Assembly: GCF_900205925.1 (NCBI RefSeq)
Contig: NZ_OAOD01000001.1
Location: 243,201 to 307,200, forward strand
DNA length: 64,000 nt
Direction of reading: 5' to 3'
Origin: Clostridium peptidivorans
GTDB lineage: Bacteria; Bacillota; Clostridia; Clostridiales; Clostridiaceae
Position 1 is the stretch's first letter. Every line of letters begins with the position of its first letter. The notes under the pieces are model-generated. The model was not told the origin of the DNA and made no database searches. It was given only the letters and a program-made list of their open reading frames with translations. This document shows positions 49,551 to 59,831 of the stretch, in pieces. The translations under genes and the position numbers were made by a program.

Positions 49551-49756
49551 GCCCCGAATTCGCAGCGTATCAAATCCGGCAGGCCTGAGCAATACACTAC
49601 CAAAGTGTTTACCAAGACTATAGGCAGTTTCATCTATAATTAGGATATCAGTGACATTGAGGCCTCAGCGGACTGCAGACAACGAGATAAATACCTTAAT
49701 GCAAGCCCCAAAACCAGTCCCACAAGCCAGTTATGTAAGATAACTATTTTTTATTT
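49551..49756 (+). ncRNA. GC-rich (about 50% GC) roughly 180-nt intergenic island followed by a hairpin + T-tract; candidate structured RNA / 5' leader of the K+ channel gene, or foreign DNA remnant
   Basis: Sharp compositional contrast with the flanks, which are below 25% GC. Nested GCCT..AGGC and ACACT/AGTGT stems. AGTTAT-GTAAG-ATAACT hairpin followed by ATTTTTTATTT lies 50 nt before the channel start. Confidence 0.3.
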
Positions 49757-49808
49757 CAGATTTTTGATATAATTATTTATAAATTTATTGATATTATATG
49801 AGGTGCTA

Positions 49809-50696
49809 ATGGGAAGTTTCATAATTATTTTAACAACAACTATTGTTCTTGCTACCTTAATTATAAGAAGCGTAAGGAATAATAGAAAAATTAAATCTGT
49901 TTTAGGAACACTTGTAGTAGAAATTAATAAAACTTATAAAGAACTTTTTAAAGGGAGCACCTTGCTTTATAAAATAACACAAGGTGGAATGGTTATATGT
50001 GGTGAAGTATTTGCATTTATAACTATATTTACGACAGTTATGAGATATTTAGATACACATTTAGCCTTTGGTTTAGAATGGTTACTAAAAATAATAGCTA
50101 TAATAATATCTTTTATAATTGTTCATTATTCAATAGGCTATATATTATTTGTTAGCTCTAAAATTCATAAATTTATTTATAAAGTTGAAGATAAAAACTT
50201 AAAGCTAGATTTTATATCAAGCTATTTTATTACAAGTACATTTTTAGCTGTACTTATAATTTTTCCAGATCAGTTTAAGCAAAATGCAATTATAGGAATT
50301 ATAGGAGTTATAATTTGCTACTATTTAAATATAAAGGTGTTACTAACTCTTATGAGAAAACCAAACAACATTAAATCAGAGAAGGAAGAAAAAACTAATT
50401 TTGCAAGAGTACTAATAGCAGCTATTTTAGTGTTAGTAATGCTTGTGATGAATTTGTATTTAGCTGTTTGTTTTGTAAATGCCGCTGCAGATGGTGCAGC
50501 ATATTTAAATGCTACAGGAAATTTTGATTTATTTTATTACACAATGATTACTTTTGTTACTATTGGATATGGCGATATAGCACCAGTGACTACATCAGCT
50601 AAAGTAGTAGCTATAGTCATTTCCATAACAAGTGTAATTTGTTTAACTGTATTTTTAAGTAGTATTTTATCATGTAAAGAGAAATTTGATTCATAA
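49809..50696 (+). CDS. potassium channel family protein (TIGYGD selectivity filter)
   Basis: Multi-TM protein with a pore loop TFVTIGYGD. GAGGTG RBS before the ATG at 49809; the six-frame ORF starts at 49788. Confidence 0.8.
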   Translation: MGSFIIILTTTIVLATLIIRSVRNNRKIKSVLGTLVVEINKTYKELFKGSTLLYKITQGGMVICGEVFAFITIFTTVMRYLDTHLAFGLEWLLKIIAIIISFIIVHYSIGYILFVSSKIHKFIYKVEDKNLKLDFISSYFITSTFLAVLIIFPDQFKQNAIIGIIGVIICYYLNIKVLLTLMRKPNNIKSEKEEKTNFARVLIAAILVLVMLVMNLYLAVCFVNAAADGAAYLNATGNFDLFYYTMITFVTIGYGDIAPVTTSAKVVAIVISITSVICLTVFLSSILSCKEKFDS

Positions 50697-50708
50697 AATC
50701 TATAAACC

Positions 50709-50760
50709 TCCGTTGCTTATGATACGGTTCTCCGTATCGCTTCTAAGTGAGGTTTTTCAT
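50709..50760. repeat. dispersed repeat copy E
   Basis: CCGTTGCTTATGATACGGTTCTCCGTATCGCTTCTAAGTGAGGTTTTTC, paralogous to copy F. Confidence 0.6.
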
Positions 50761-50945
50761 TAAAGCTGGTTTTGTAACACTTCTAATTAGTAATATATTA
50801 AGATTGAGAGCTAATTAAAACCAACTGTGATGATAAGAACTTTTTTACAACATAATCATCTCCCAAACGACACTTTTACTTTTATTAAAGATGTGATATG
50901 TTATATAATGTCGAAACTTGTAGAGTGTTTTTAAAGGAGTGATTA

Positions 50946-51791
50946 TTGTTGAAAACAGATAAAGTAACTGAAAAAGTAGTAAGAGGAAAGAAAATTTATA
51001 TTGTAGAAAATCATCACGAAGTTATAATTCCATGGTCAGAATATGCTTCTAATAATGAAACTGCACCAGTATTATTAACTTTTGACCACCATATGGATAC
51101 CCGTAGTGCATTTTACAGGCATTCTTGTAAGGTTGCTGGCCTAGAATGGAGACCTGTAAGAGATCAATTGATAGCAAATGCAGATATAAATGAATCAAGT
51201 ACAATTACATCATCATTAGACAAGCTTTGCAATGATGAGCATATAGATTTTGCATTACAAGCAGGGATGATATCAGACGCAGTAGTATTTAGCCTACTGA
51301 GTGCAGGTATTTGCAGGGATTATGCCAATAGTAAAATATACTATATAGATCCTTGCTGCACTATCAAATGTAAAAAAAGTTCACATGGCGATGAGTGCCA
51401 AATTGATGTATATGATAAGGTAATAGAAGGAGCTGAACTATTATTTAAATTAAATCAGATAAATAATTTTATACCTGGTTTTTTTATCTCGAATAGAATA
51501 AACAAGAAATTTATTTTAGATATTGATTTAGATTGTTTTCATACTAAAAAAGCTATCAATGCCGTGGACATGTCTGTTTTTAACTATTTAGTAAATAATG
51601 CAGAAATAGTTACTATAGCAACGGAAGGATATTATGTTGAGTTAGAAAAAAAGGATAATGATATAACTGAGAATTATCTTTTAGAAAAGTTATTAGTACA
51701 TATAGAAAATGCTATAGAAATAACGGAAGGTAATAAAAGATTTAAATTCTCTATGTACAATAACACAAGAGAACTTATTACAGTATCTTGA
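50946..51791 (+). CDS. hypothetical protein (UPF0489-like? conserved HH/DHH motifs)
   Basis: 281 aa. IVENHHEVIIPW and TFDHHMD motifs suggest a metal-dependent hydrolase-like fold. TTG start with AAAGGAG RBS. Confidence 0.4.
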   Translation: MLKTDKVTEKVVRGKKIYIVENHHEVIIPWSEYASNNETAPVLLTFDHHMDTRSAFYRHSCKVAGLEWRPVRDQLIANADINESSTITSSLDKLCNDEHIDFALQAGMISDAVVFSLLSAGICRDYANSKIYYIDPCCTIKCKKSSHGDECQIDVYDKVIEGAELLFKLNQINNFIPGFFISNRINKKFILDIDLDCFHTKKAINAVDMSVFNYLVNNAEIVTIATEGYYVELEKKDNDITENYLLEKLLVHIENAIEITEGNKRFKFSMYNNTRELITVS

Positions 51792-52234
51792 AGAAGTCAT
51801 TGTATTAGAGTCTATTGCTACTAAAATCACAAGTGAGGTCAAGGGAAATAGATTTTCAAATTAAAAAATCTACCCTCACTGTGAAAGCGAACTAACATAA
51901 CCCTAATCATTCTCCGGCATTTAATTCAACTATTTTTGACTTTAATAACATGTACTTTACTTCAATATTATCATCAAGTTTAATTTGGTCAATCTTAACA
52001 CTTCTTCTTATTCCATCACTATAAAGTTTAAAGCGGTTTCTTTTTCTATTCTTGTATTGAACAAGATTTCAGTAGCATATCAAAATTCTATCTTATACTT
52101 TTCACAAATTCATAAGCTATCTGTTGTAAGTTTTCAACATAAAAAAGCATATTATAATTATTTTAACTTATGACATGGTATATTAATCTATAAAATCACT
52201 CTAATACCAGCTATATCAAGCTTCCAAAGAGAAA

Positions 52235-52300
52235 CCGCACTTACTTATAGTACGGTTCACCTTTTGTAATTCTAAAACCGTACTGGATTTTTCCAGTATT
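52235..52300. repeat. dispersed repeat copy B
   Basis: CCGCACTTACTTATAGTACGGTTCACCTTTTGTAATTCTAAAACCGTACTGGATTTTTCCAGTAT. GTACGGTT/AACCGTAC and CTGG/CCAG stems. Confidence 0.7.
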
Positions 52301-52314
52301 CAATTCCCTTCTCT

Positions 52315-53106
52315 TTATGCTTTAATCCAATCAATTTCATATTCATTCAAGCTATTAATCCACTCATTAGGGGCTTCTTCATCAGAGATTATTACATTAA
52401 CATTTTCAATATCTGCTATCTTGTAAAAATTTCTTACTCCTATTTTAGAATGGTCTGCAACTACTATAACTTCCTTGGCATTTTCCATTATTTTTTTTGA
52501 CAGGTTGGCTTCATTAATTTCATAGCTTGTTAGTCCATTTTGTAAACTTACTCCCCCAACTCCTATAAATGCCTTATCCACATAAAAATTATTCAAAAGA
52601 TTTTCACTTATAGGCCCACTGCAGGATAATTGGTCGGAATTTATTTCTCCACCTAGAAAAATTATTTTCCCATCAAAAACTCCTTTATTTTTTAAATCTA
52701 TCAATATATTAAGTCCCGCTACTGTATTAAGTAAAATTGTCAGATTTCTCTTGTCTTTTATATAATAAAGTATTTCGCAGGTTGTGGTTCCAGCATCTAT
52801 AGCTATTACATCATTATCATTTACTAGACTAGCTGCTTTTTGACCTATTCTTTGTTTTTCTTCTCTGTATACATCTCTTTTTTGATTATGAGAAGGTTCA
52901 TGTTTATCAAATGAAATTTTTATTGCTCCGCCATGTATTCTCTTTAATTTATATTCAACCTCTAAAGCATCTAAGTCCCTTCTAATTGTTTCTGTGGTAA
53001 CACCAAATTTTTTTGCAAGCTGCTTAACCGATACTTTACCATAATTTTCTAATTCGTGTAATATAAGATTTTTTCTTTCATCAAAAAAAACTGTCAAGTT
53101 AATCAC
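52315..53106 (-). CDS. DeoR family transcriptional regulator
   Basis: 263 aa. DeoR HTH plus C-terminal sugar-phosphate binding domain. Confidence 0.8.
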   Translation of the reverse strand: MINLTVFFDERKNLILHELENYGKVSVKQLAKKFGVTTETIRRDLDALEVEYKLKRIHGGAIKISFDKHEPSHNQKRDVYREEKQRIGQKAASLVNDNDVIAIDAGTTTCEILYYIKDKRNLTILLNTVAGLNILIDLKNKGVFDGKIIFLGGEINSDQLSCSGPISENLLNNFYVDKAFIGVGGVSLQNGLTSYEINEANLSKKIMENAKEVIVVADHSKIGVRNFYKIADIENVNVIISDEEAPNEWINSLNEYEIDWIKA

Positions 53107-53144
53107 CTTTATCCAATATTTAAAATTTAATATTTCACAATCAT

Positions 53145-54107
53145 TTATCTACAATACTTATCTCTAAGCCCAAGCACATATCTAACTGATTCCTCAACAC
53201 CATTTTTTTGTGCTTTAATCATCTTTTCTTTAGGCTTTTCTGGAGGATAATAATAATCTGACGGCTTAACCTCATAAATGTCAAAAGGCGGTTCCTCTAC
53301 TCTAAATGCACCTTTTCCTACCTCATGTACTCCACCAGTACCCTTTTCCCTTTTAAAACATGAAACATAAGGAAAGCACATCTCAATATTTATTCTTGTT
53401 AATGTTGAATCATTAACCAATATTTTAAAAGCTTCCTCTAAGTCTATATTTCCTTTTCCTACAGGAACTCCACAGACCTTATATTCACCGTCATCTTCTA
53501 TAATAATATGATCTTTAAAGTGTGTTGTAAAGGCATATGGGGCTAATTTTTTAATAGCTTCAATAGGTTCTTCCCAAGCCATCATAGAGTTTCCAATATC
53601 GCAGTGTGCTCCAACCCAAGGGCTATTAACTTCCTTAATAATCTTAATTATTTCATCTGCTATTTCTTCCTCATGGTTTTCAACAGCAAGCTTTATTCTG
53701 TATTTTTTTAGAAGGGGTACTATTTTCTTTATATCTTCTGGAGCTCTTTTAAGTTTCTCTGCTTCATATTTTCCAAAGCAGCAGTAAGTTCGAATAATAT
53801 CTGCACCTATTTTGTGAGCAACTTCAATAACCTTTGTTAAATGAGCTGGTTCAGTGCCTCTTGTATCAATTTCTGCATACAAGCCATACTTTTCTATTTC
53901 TTTTCTTACTTTATCTAAATGCTCATCCTCAGCGCCTCCAAGAGCACCCCATTCTGGGTGAAGATATCTATCTCCTGGAAAAGCTATAACATTAATCATT
54001 ACACCATCAAGTCCTAGCTCTGCAGTCTTTCTTATAAATCCGAATATATCCATTAATCCATTTTGAAAAAGTAAATGATAGCTCTCCGTTTCCAATCCTA
54101 TTTTCAT
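53145..54107 (-). CDS. sugar phosphate isomerase/epimerase (xylose isomerase-like TIM barrel)
   Basis: 320 aa. Motifs of AP-endonuclease-2/TIM-barrel family members. Confidence 0.75.
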   Translation of the reverse strand: MKIGLETESYHLLFQNGLMDIFGFIRKTAELGLDGVMINVIAFPGDRYLHPEWGALGGAEDEHLDKVRKEIEKYGLYAEIDTRGTEPAHLTKVIEVAHKIGADIIRTYCCFGKYEAEKLKRAPEDIKKIVPLLKKYRIKLAVENHEEEIADEIIKIIKEVNSPWVGAHCDIGNSMMAWEEPIEAIKKLAPYAFTTHFKDHIIIEDDGEYKVCGVPVGKGNIDLEEAFKILVNDSTLTRINIEMCFPYVSCFKREKGTGGVHEVGKGAFRVEEPPFDIYEVKPSDYYYPPEKPKEKMIKAQKNGVEESVRYVLGLRDKYCR

Positions 54108-54123
54108 ACCATTTCTCCTTTAC

Positions 54124-55149
54124 CTATGCTGTAAGAAATATACATTGCTTCTTAGGCACATATATATTTACTTTATCCCCTAATTTTATATCTTCCATAG
54201 CTTCAACATCTCTGTTTATAGCATCTATATTCATAGTAAGGTCATCTTTTCTAACTTCGTATCTTATTATATTTCCTATTATTGAAACATCTGTTACTTC
54301 ACAAGACTTTAGATTGTATTCAACTTCATTTGCGAGTTCTTCTTTTGTTATTTGTATTACTTCAGGTCTTATGGCAACCTCTTTTGTATCGATAGCCTTC
54401 TTAAAATGTTCTTCAAAGACATCCCTGCCAAGGACATTATAATTTCCTATGAATCTTGCTACAAAGGAAGTTTTAGGGTTATTATATATCTCTTTAGGCT
54501 CGCCGCTTTGTTCAATAACTCCATTATTCATTACATACACTTCATCAGAAATAATCATTGCTTCTTCCTGGTCATGAGTTACAAATACACTAGTTATATC
54601 TAATTCTCTTTGAATTTTTTTAATCTGAACCTGAAGATTTCTTCTTATCTTTCTATCTAATGCACTAAAGGGTTCATCAAAAAGTAATATTTTAGGCTGT
54701 AGTATTATAGAACGTGCTAAAGCAACACGCTGCTGCTGCCCCCCTGAAAGCTCATGAGGATATGAATTGATTTTCTCTTGTAATTCAACTAAATTTAATA
54801 CCTCTTTAACTTTTTTGTCTATTTCATTTTTATTCATTTTTCTTAGCTTTAAGCCAAAGGCTACGTTGTCATAAACATTCATATTAGGGAAAAGAACATA
54901 TTGCTGAAATACCATTCCTACATCTCTTTTTCTTGGTTCCTTATTTGTTATATCCTCTCCATCAACTATAATGGATCCACAATCTATATTCTCAAGTCCA
55001 GCAATACTTTTAAGCAGTGTACTTTTACCACTTCCACTTGGCCCAAGCAAGGTAACTAATCTTCCTTTTTCAATACTTAATGAAGCTTTCTTTAATACCT
55101 TTAGATCTCCAAAGTTTTTTTCTACATCCTTTATAATTAAATAGCTCAC
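54124..55149 (-). CDS. ABC transporter ATP-binding protein (PotA/MalK-type with C-terminal TOBE-like domain)
   Basis: Walker [18 protein letters not shown], Walker B. Confidence 0.9.
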   Translation of the reverse strand: MSYLIIKDVEKNFGDLKVLKKASLSIEKGRLVTLLGPSGSGKSTLLKSIAGLENIDCGSIIVDGEDITNKEPRKRDVGMVFQQYVLFPNMNVYDNVAFGLKLRKMNKNEIDKKVKEVLNLVELQEKINSYPHELSGGQQQRVALARSIILQPKILLFDEPFSALDRKIRRNLQVQIKKIQRELDITSVFVTHDQEEAMIISDEVYVMNNGVIEQSGEPKEIYNNPKTSFVARFIGNYNVLGRDVFEEHFKKAIDTKEVAIRPEVIQITKEELANEVEYNLKSCEVTDVSIIGNIIRYEVRKDDLTMNIDAINRDVEAMEDIKLGDKVNIYVPKKQCIFLTA

Positions 55150-55164
55150 TTTATTCCACCTCTA

Positions 55165-55953
55165 CTATTGTGATTTTCCCACTTCTATGCTTTTGCTTAA
55201 ATTTAGTCCAATATATGAAATTACTAGGACAATAGCAAAATACGTTGTTACTAAGGCACTGGAAATATGACCAGATTCTCTAAGCATTTTATATAACATT
55301 ATTTGTATAGTCTCATAACGTCCCCCAATAAGAAGGTTAACTAATGCAAATTCACCAAACAATGTGGAAAAGGACAGCAGCACTGAAACCTTTATTCCTG
55401 GTATAATATTTGCAATAACTACTTTAGTAAATGCCTGTATCTTTGTTGCTCCTAAAAGCTCGCATGCTTCAACTAACTGTTTAACATTTATATTTCTTAA
55501 GCTATTTCTAATTCCTTGATACATAAATGGAAGTATAAATACGGAATAAGCAAATATAAGCAGCCATATGGAATTACCGAGAGTATTTGAAAATAGTTTT
55601 ATTAAAGCAATTGCCAGTACTACCCCTGGAAGTACATAAGGCAATAATACTATGGACTGTAATAGTCTCTCATACTTTGGCAAGTATACAGTTACTACAA
55701 AAAGAACTAATAATACAGCCACTAGGCTTATTATTATCGGAACTATTGAAACAAATAATGAACGTCCCATAGCCTCCCAAAATCTCGTATCACTAAACAA
55801 ACCTTTGTACCATTTTAAAGAATAAGCTGGTGGTAATACTGTTCTATACCATTCAGTTGCAATAGAATATACAAAGGTCGCTGCTATAGGAAATACTAAA
55901 TATAACATAAGCAAACCTACTACTGTTTTGTGCAGCCACATTCTTTTGTTCAT
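55165..55953 (-). CDS. ABC transporter permease (PotC-like)
   Basis: 6 TM, EAA-like loop. Confidence 0.8.
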   Translation of the reverse strand: MNKRMWLHKTVVGLLMLYLVFPIAATFVYSIATEWYRTVLPPAYSLKWYKGLFSDTRFWEAMGRSLFVSIVPIIISLVAVLLVLFVVTVYLPKYERLLQSIVLLPYVLPGVVLAIALIKLFSNTLGNSIWLLIFAYSVFILPFMYQGIRNSLRNINVKQLVEACELLGATKIQAFTKVVIANIIPGIKVSVLLSFSTLFGEFALVNLLIGGRYETIQIMLYKMLRESGHISSALVTTYFAIVLVISYIGLNLSKSIEVGKSQ

Positions 55954-55960
55954 AATGCTA

Positions 55961-56803
55961 TCATCTCCTAAAATATTTACTCATTTTTTCATTTATCATC
56001 ATCATTGTTATGGAGGTTATTCCAAGTATTACTGCCAATGCACCAGCCAGCTCAGGTTTAGGCATAATATCTCCAACTACCAAGGAACCAATTCTTATAG
56101 TTAATAAATTATAATTTCTTCCTACTAATGCATAAGCAGTTGAGTAAGCGCCCATAGCATTGGCAAATAGAATACTTAAAGTTCCAACTATACTTGGAAG
56201 TAAAACTGGCATACCAATTTTAGCCCAAAATTGAGATGATGTTGCTCCAAGCAGCATTGCTGATTGTCTCCATTCTTTTTTTATACCTAAAAATGATGGA
56301 TATAACAGCATTATCGCTAAAGGTATTTGAAAATACACATAAGTTATAACAAGTCCTATCCATGAATATAAGTTAAAACTACTTAATGAATTTATTCCAA
56401 AATGCTTAAATAACAGAACAAACATCCCTGAATTTCCAAGAAGAATAATATATCCAAATGCTAAAGGAACGCCGGAATAATTTGAAGTCATATTTAAAAT
56501 CGTTATAATTAGATTTTGTCCCTTTACATTAAATTTTGAAATAGAATAAGCACATACTAGAGCAATAACAAGACCAATCAAGCTAGAAATTAAGGATATT
56601 TGAATACTATTGATTATTCCTTTTAAATAAAAAGTATTTGTAAGTGCTATTTTATAGTTTTCAAAAGTAAAATTACCGCTGCCACTTTTAAAACTATCTA
56701 CAATCATCATAATACTTGGTAGCAACAAGAATAATGCAATTATTATTACAAAAGGTAATAGTGATTGTGCTATAAATAATAATGTTTTCTTATTTTTATG
56801 CAT
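55961..56803 (-). CDS. ABC transporter permease (PotB-like)
   Basis: 6 TM, EAA motif region (LLGATSSQFWAKIGMPVL). Confidence 0.8.
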   Translation of the reverse strand: MHKNKKTLLFIAQSLLPFVIIIALFLLLPSIMMIVDSFKSGSGNFTFENYKIALTNTFYLKGIINSIQISLISSLIGLVIALVCAYSISKFNVKGQNLIITILNMTSNYSGVPLAFGYIILLGNSGMFVLLFKHFGINSLSSFNLYSWIGLVITYVYFQIPLAIMLLYPSFLGIKKEWRQSAMLLGATSSQFWAKIGMPVLLPSIVGTLSILFANAMGAYSTAYALVGRNYNLLTIRIGSLVVGDIMPKPELAGALAVILGITSITMMMINEKMSKYFRR

Positions 56804-56888
56804 TTCTCTACCTCTCTCTAATAGAGTTAATTATATTTCAGAAGGTTAGACAACAAGGGATTACCTCTCCTATTGTCTAATAACTTAA

Positions 56889-57986
56889 TTATTTAATATT
56901 TACTAAAACTTGCTCTTGCCATAATTGTGGAAGGTCAGCTTTTGTCTTTGTCCATGCAGCATAATTCACTGGTTTAACATTTTTGTATGCTTCTGCTGGC
57001 AATAATTTTGCTTTAACATCCTCTGGAAGCTTAACATCTTCTCTAACAGGCTTTGCAAATCCCCTTGCTAAGTTAATTTGCCCTTCATCACTAAAAATAT
57101 ATTCACGAGTTAACATTGCAGAGTAAGGGTGTGGAGCATATTTATTTATAATAGTTGTGTATCCTGTACTAATACTTCCTTCTGCTGGAATACACACATT
57201 AAATCTATTGGGATCAATCTTATCTCTATAACCTAATCCATTAAAGTCCCATACTAGAGTAACTTGTACTTCTCCTTTTTCAACACTTGCTAAGTCATTT
57301 TTGTTAACAACCAATCTTCCCTGTTTAGCAAGTTTTGCAAAGAAATCAAGTCCTGGTTTTATGTTATTTTCGTCTCCTCCAAAAGCTTTTGCAGCAGCTA
57401 AAACAGACATCTGTGATTGATTACCAGCAGCAACATCATCAATAGTTACTTTATAATCTCCATTTAATATATCTTTGAAGGATTTAGGAGGATTTTTAAC
57501 TGTAGCTTTATTTGTTAAAATAGCCATCGTTCCTGTATAGGCTATCATCCAGTTACCATCTTTATCCTTAGCCCAATCAGGCACGCTATTCCAGTGTGAA
57601 GTTTTGTATGGTAATGTTATCCCCTTCTCCACTGCTATTGGAGCAAAGGCTGCACCTATATCACCTATGTCTGCTGTAGCATTTTTCTTTTCAGCTTCAT
57701 ATTTTGCAATTATCTCGGCACTGGACAAATCTGTGTCTCCTATATGATTAACTGAATACTTTGTTTTTATATCATTCCATGTACCCTTCCAGTTTGCCCA
57801 ACTGTCTGGCATACCTACACTTACAACTTGGCCTTCTTTTTTTGCAAAATTAGTTAATTCTTCAACGCTGATATTTTGTTTTACTTCATTTTTGCCTGCT
57901 TCTTCTGCTTTCTTACCACACCCTACTACTGAAGTAGTTAAAACTACTGACGCAATTGCAACCACTAGTACCTTTTTAAATTTCAT
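56889..57986 (-). CDS. ABC transporter substrate-binding lipoprotein (family 1, PotD/Fe3+-type)
   Basis: Lipobox VVGC. 365 aa extracellular solute-binding fold. Confidence 0.8.
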   Translation of the reverse strand: MKFKKVLVVAIASVVLTTSVVGCGKKAEEAGKNEVKQNISVEELTNFAKKEGQVVSVGMPDSWANWKGTWNDIKTKYSVNHIGDTDLSSAEIIAKYEAEKKNATADIGDIGAAFAPIAVEKGITLPYKTSHWNSVPDWAKDKDGNWMIAYTGTMAILTNKATVKNPPKSFKDILNGDYKVTIDDVAAGNQSQMSVLAAAKAFGGDENNIKPGLDFFAKLAKQGRLVVNKNDLASVEKGEVQVTLVWDFNGLGYRDKIDPNRFNVCIPAEGSISTGYTTIINKYAPHPYSAMLTREYIFSDEGQINLARGFAKPVREDVKLPEDVKAKLLPAEAYKNVKPVNYAAWTKTKADLPQLWQEQVLVNIK

Positions 57987-58003
57987 AAAAAATCCTCCTT
58001 AAT

Positions 58004-58807
58004 TTATATGTTAATAAATTTTGGTTTTCTGTTTTTAAATGTTGTAATTTCTTTAAATCCAATTTCTTTAAGTTCCTTTATAGCTTTATCAAAACCTGAA
58101 CATAAATCCTTTGAAGTATGGGCATCTGAACCTATGGTGATAATCCTGCCCCCTAGTTCAAAATATCTTTCAAGTATTTCCCTGTTAGGATGCATAGAAT
58201 TAAGATTATATCTTAATCCTGAAGTATTAAGTTCAATGCCTTTTCCTTTACTTAAAATTAGAAGTAAAATTTCATCTATAATATCTTTATAGTCTTGGTA
58301 CCTTAATACCTTGTTATCAAAGTTACCGTATCTTACTATAAAATCTAAATGTCCATATACATCGCAATTATCAAAATTCTCTATAGTATACTTCATACTT
58401 TCCAAGTATGTCCTATACCCTTCATACTGAGTTCTTGTTTTAAACAAATCACCTTTATCTAGTTCTACCCCTTCTAAAGCATGTATGGAACATATTACAA
58501 AGTCAAATGGATAAGCTTTTAATAATTCATTATATCTATCGTTTAAATTAGGTTGATAGCCTAGTTCAACCCCTAGTATAATATCAATTTCTTTATATTG
58601 TTCTCTAAGCTTCTTAATCTTCTCCATGTATTCTTCATAATCTATTTCAAAGAATATTTCATTGCTTGGATAATCAAAGTCTACATGATCTGTAAATATT
58701 ACTTCTTTTAATCCCAATCCAATAGCTCTGTTTATAATATCCTCCATTGGTGTATTACAGTCTCCTGAGAATTCTGTATGCACATGATGATCAGTATAAA
58801 TGCTCAT
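58004..58807 (-). CDS. PHP-domain phosphoesterase (histidinol-phosphatase HisJ family paralog)
   Basis: HHVHTEFSGDC...TDH motifs. It is the first gene of the transporter operon. Confidence 0.75.
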   Translation of the reverse strand: MSIYTDHHVHTEFSGDCNTPMEDIINRAIGLGLKEVIFTDHVDFDYPSNEIFFEIDYEEYMEKIKKLREQYKEIDIILGVELGYQPNLNDRYNELLKAYPFDFVICSIHALEGVELDKGDLFKTRTQYEGYRTYLESMKYTIENFDNCDVYGHLDFIVRYGNFDNKVLRYQDYKDIIDEILLLILSKGKGIELNTSGLRYNLNSMHPNREILERYFELGGRIITIGSDAHTSKDLCSGFDKAIKELKEIGFKEITTFKNRKPKFINI

Positions 58808-59215
58808 TATTAACCTCCTTGTTATTCAACCTACAATTACATTATAAGAATTATATGTTAAGCGATAATTAAATCAATGTTAATCAATGTTTGATTCATG
58901 TTAATTTTATGGTTTTAATTTTGTTTTTATAGTTAAATAAACATAAAAACAAAGTGATGACCATCAAAAAAGCTATACCCGTTCTTTAACTGATATAGCA
59001 TTAACTATTACAATATATCTTAATCTGCATTAACCTTAATTTATACTTTATCATTGACACTTCTTGTTAACAACCCCTGTGCATTTTTTAATAATTATAG
59101 TACAATATTGAAATAATAATCTATGAACCGTAAGTAAGATGGCTACGGTGGTTTTAAATATTCTATCCTTATAAAGATTATTTATATTTTGAACGTTTAA
59201 TGGAGGTAATAGACT

Positions 59216-59710
59216 TTGAATAATATAATAAATAGAAGAAATATACATGTAGGTTTCCATATTGGTTTGATTTTAAAGGGCTTGTACGATATAGGGGAAG
59301 TGCTATGCGGTATTTTATTGATTTTTCTAACGCCTGAAAGAATGAGTAAACTCATAACATTGATATCAAAGAATGAGTTGCTTGAAGACCCGAATGACTT
59401 TGTAATGAATTATCTTGTTTCTTTTAGTCATGTATTCTCAATCAGTATGCAACATTTTACATCGTATTATTTATTATCCCATGGGATAGTTAAAGTTTTA
59501 ATTTTAATTCTTTTGTGGAAAAAAAAGTTATGGGCTTATCCTCTGTCTTGTGTAATGTTCACGATTTTTATTATTTTACAAACATACCGTTTTAGCCAAA
59601 CTCATTCCATTATGCTTTTAGCTTTGACACTAATTGATATTTTAATGATTGCACTTACCATTTTAGAATATAGAAATATTAAAACAGATAAAGGCAACAA
59701 TGAAGTATAA
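59216..59710 (+). CDS. DUF2127-like 4-TM membrane protein
   Basis: 164 aa. Conserved pattern IHVGFHIGLILKG...E..G.LL. Confidence 0.5.
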   Translation: MNNIINRRNIHVGFHIGLILKGLYDIGEVLCGILLIFLTPERMSKLITLISKNELLEDPNDFVMNYLVSFSHVFSISMQHFTSYYLLSHGIVKVLILILLWKKKLWAYPLSCVMFTIFIILQTYRFSQTHSIMLLALTLIDILMIALTILEYRNIKTDKGNNEV

Positions 59711-59831
59711 GCGTTATCTGGAGTAATTTTACAATTTCTTATAGGACGAACTAAAGGAACCTCTAATTGGTTCCTTTTAATATTACCATAATATCAACAC
59801 TATTCTTAAACCTAAATTTATTAAAGTCTTT

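Noticed and set aside
49551-49730. The GC-rich island looks like a c-di-AMP (ydaO) riboswitch because it precedes a K+ channel. It also looks like a cloning-vector polylinker, with EcoRI, StuI x2 and PstI sites.
   Set aside because: I could not identify the ydaO consensus motifs. The restriction-site clustering is plausibly a by-product of local GC richness. The region is kept as an unclassified candidate only.
51792-52234. A 49-codon open frame on the minus strand (…RKRNRFKLYSDGIRRSVKIDQIKLDDNIEVKYMLLKSKIVELNAGE*) and a GTGAGG...CCTCAC hairpin in the 520-bp gap.
   Set aside because: It has no start codon, no RBS and no recognisable family. It is possibly another gene remnant, but the evidence is too weak to call.
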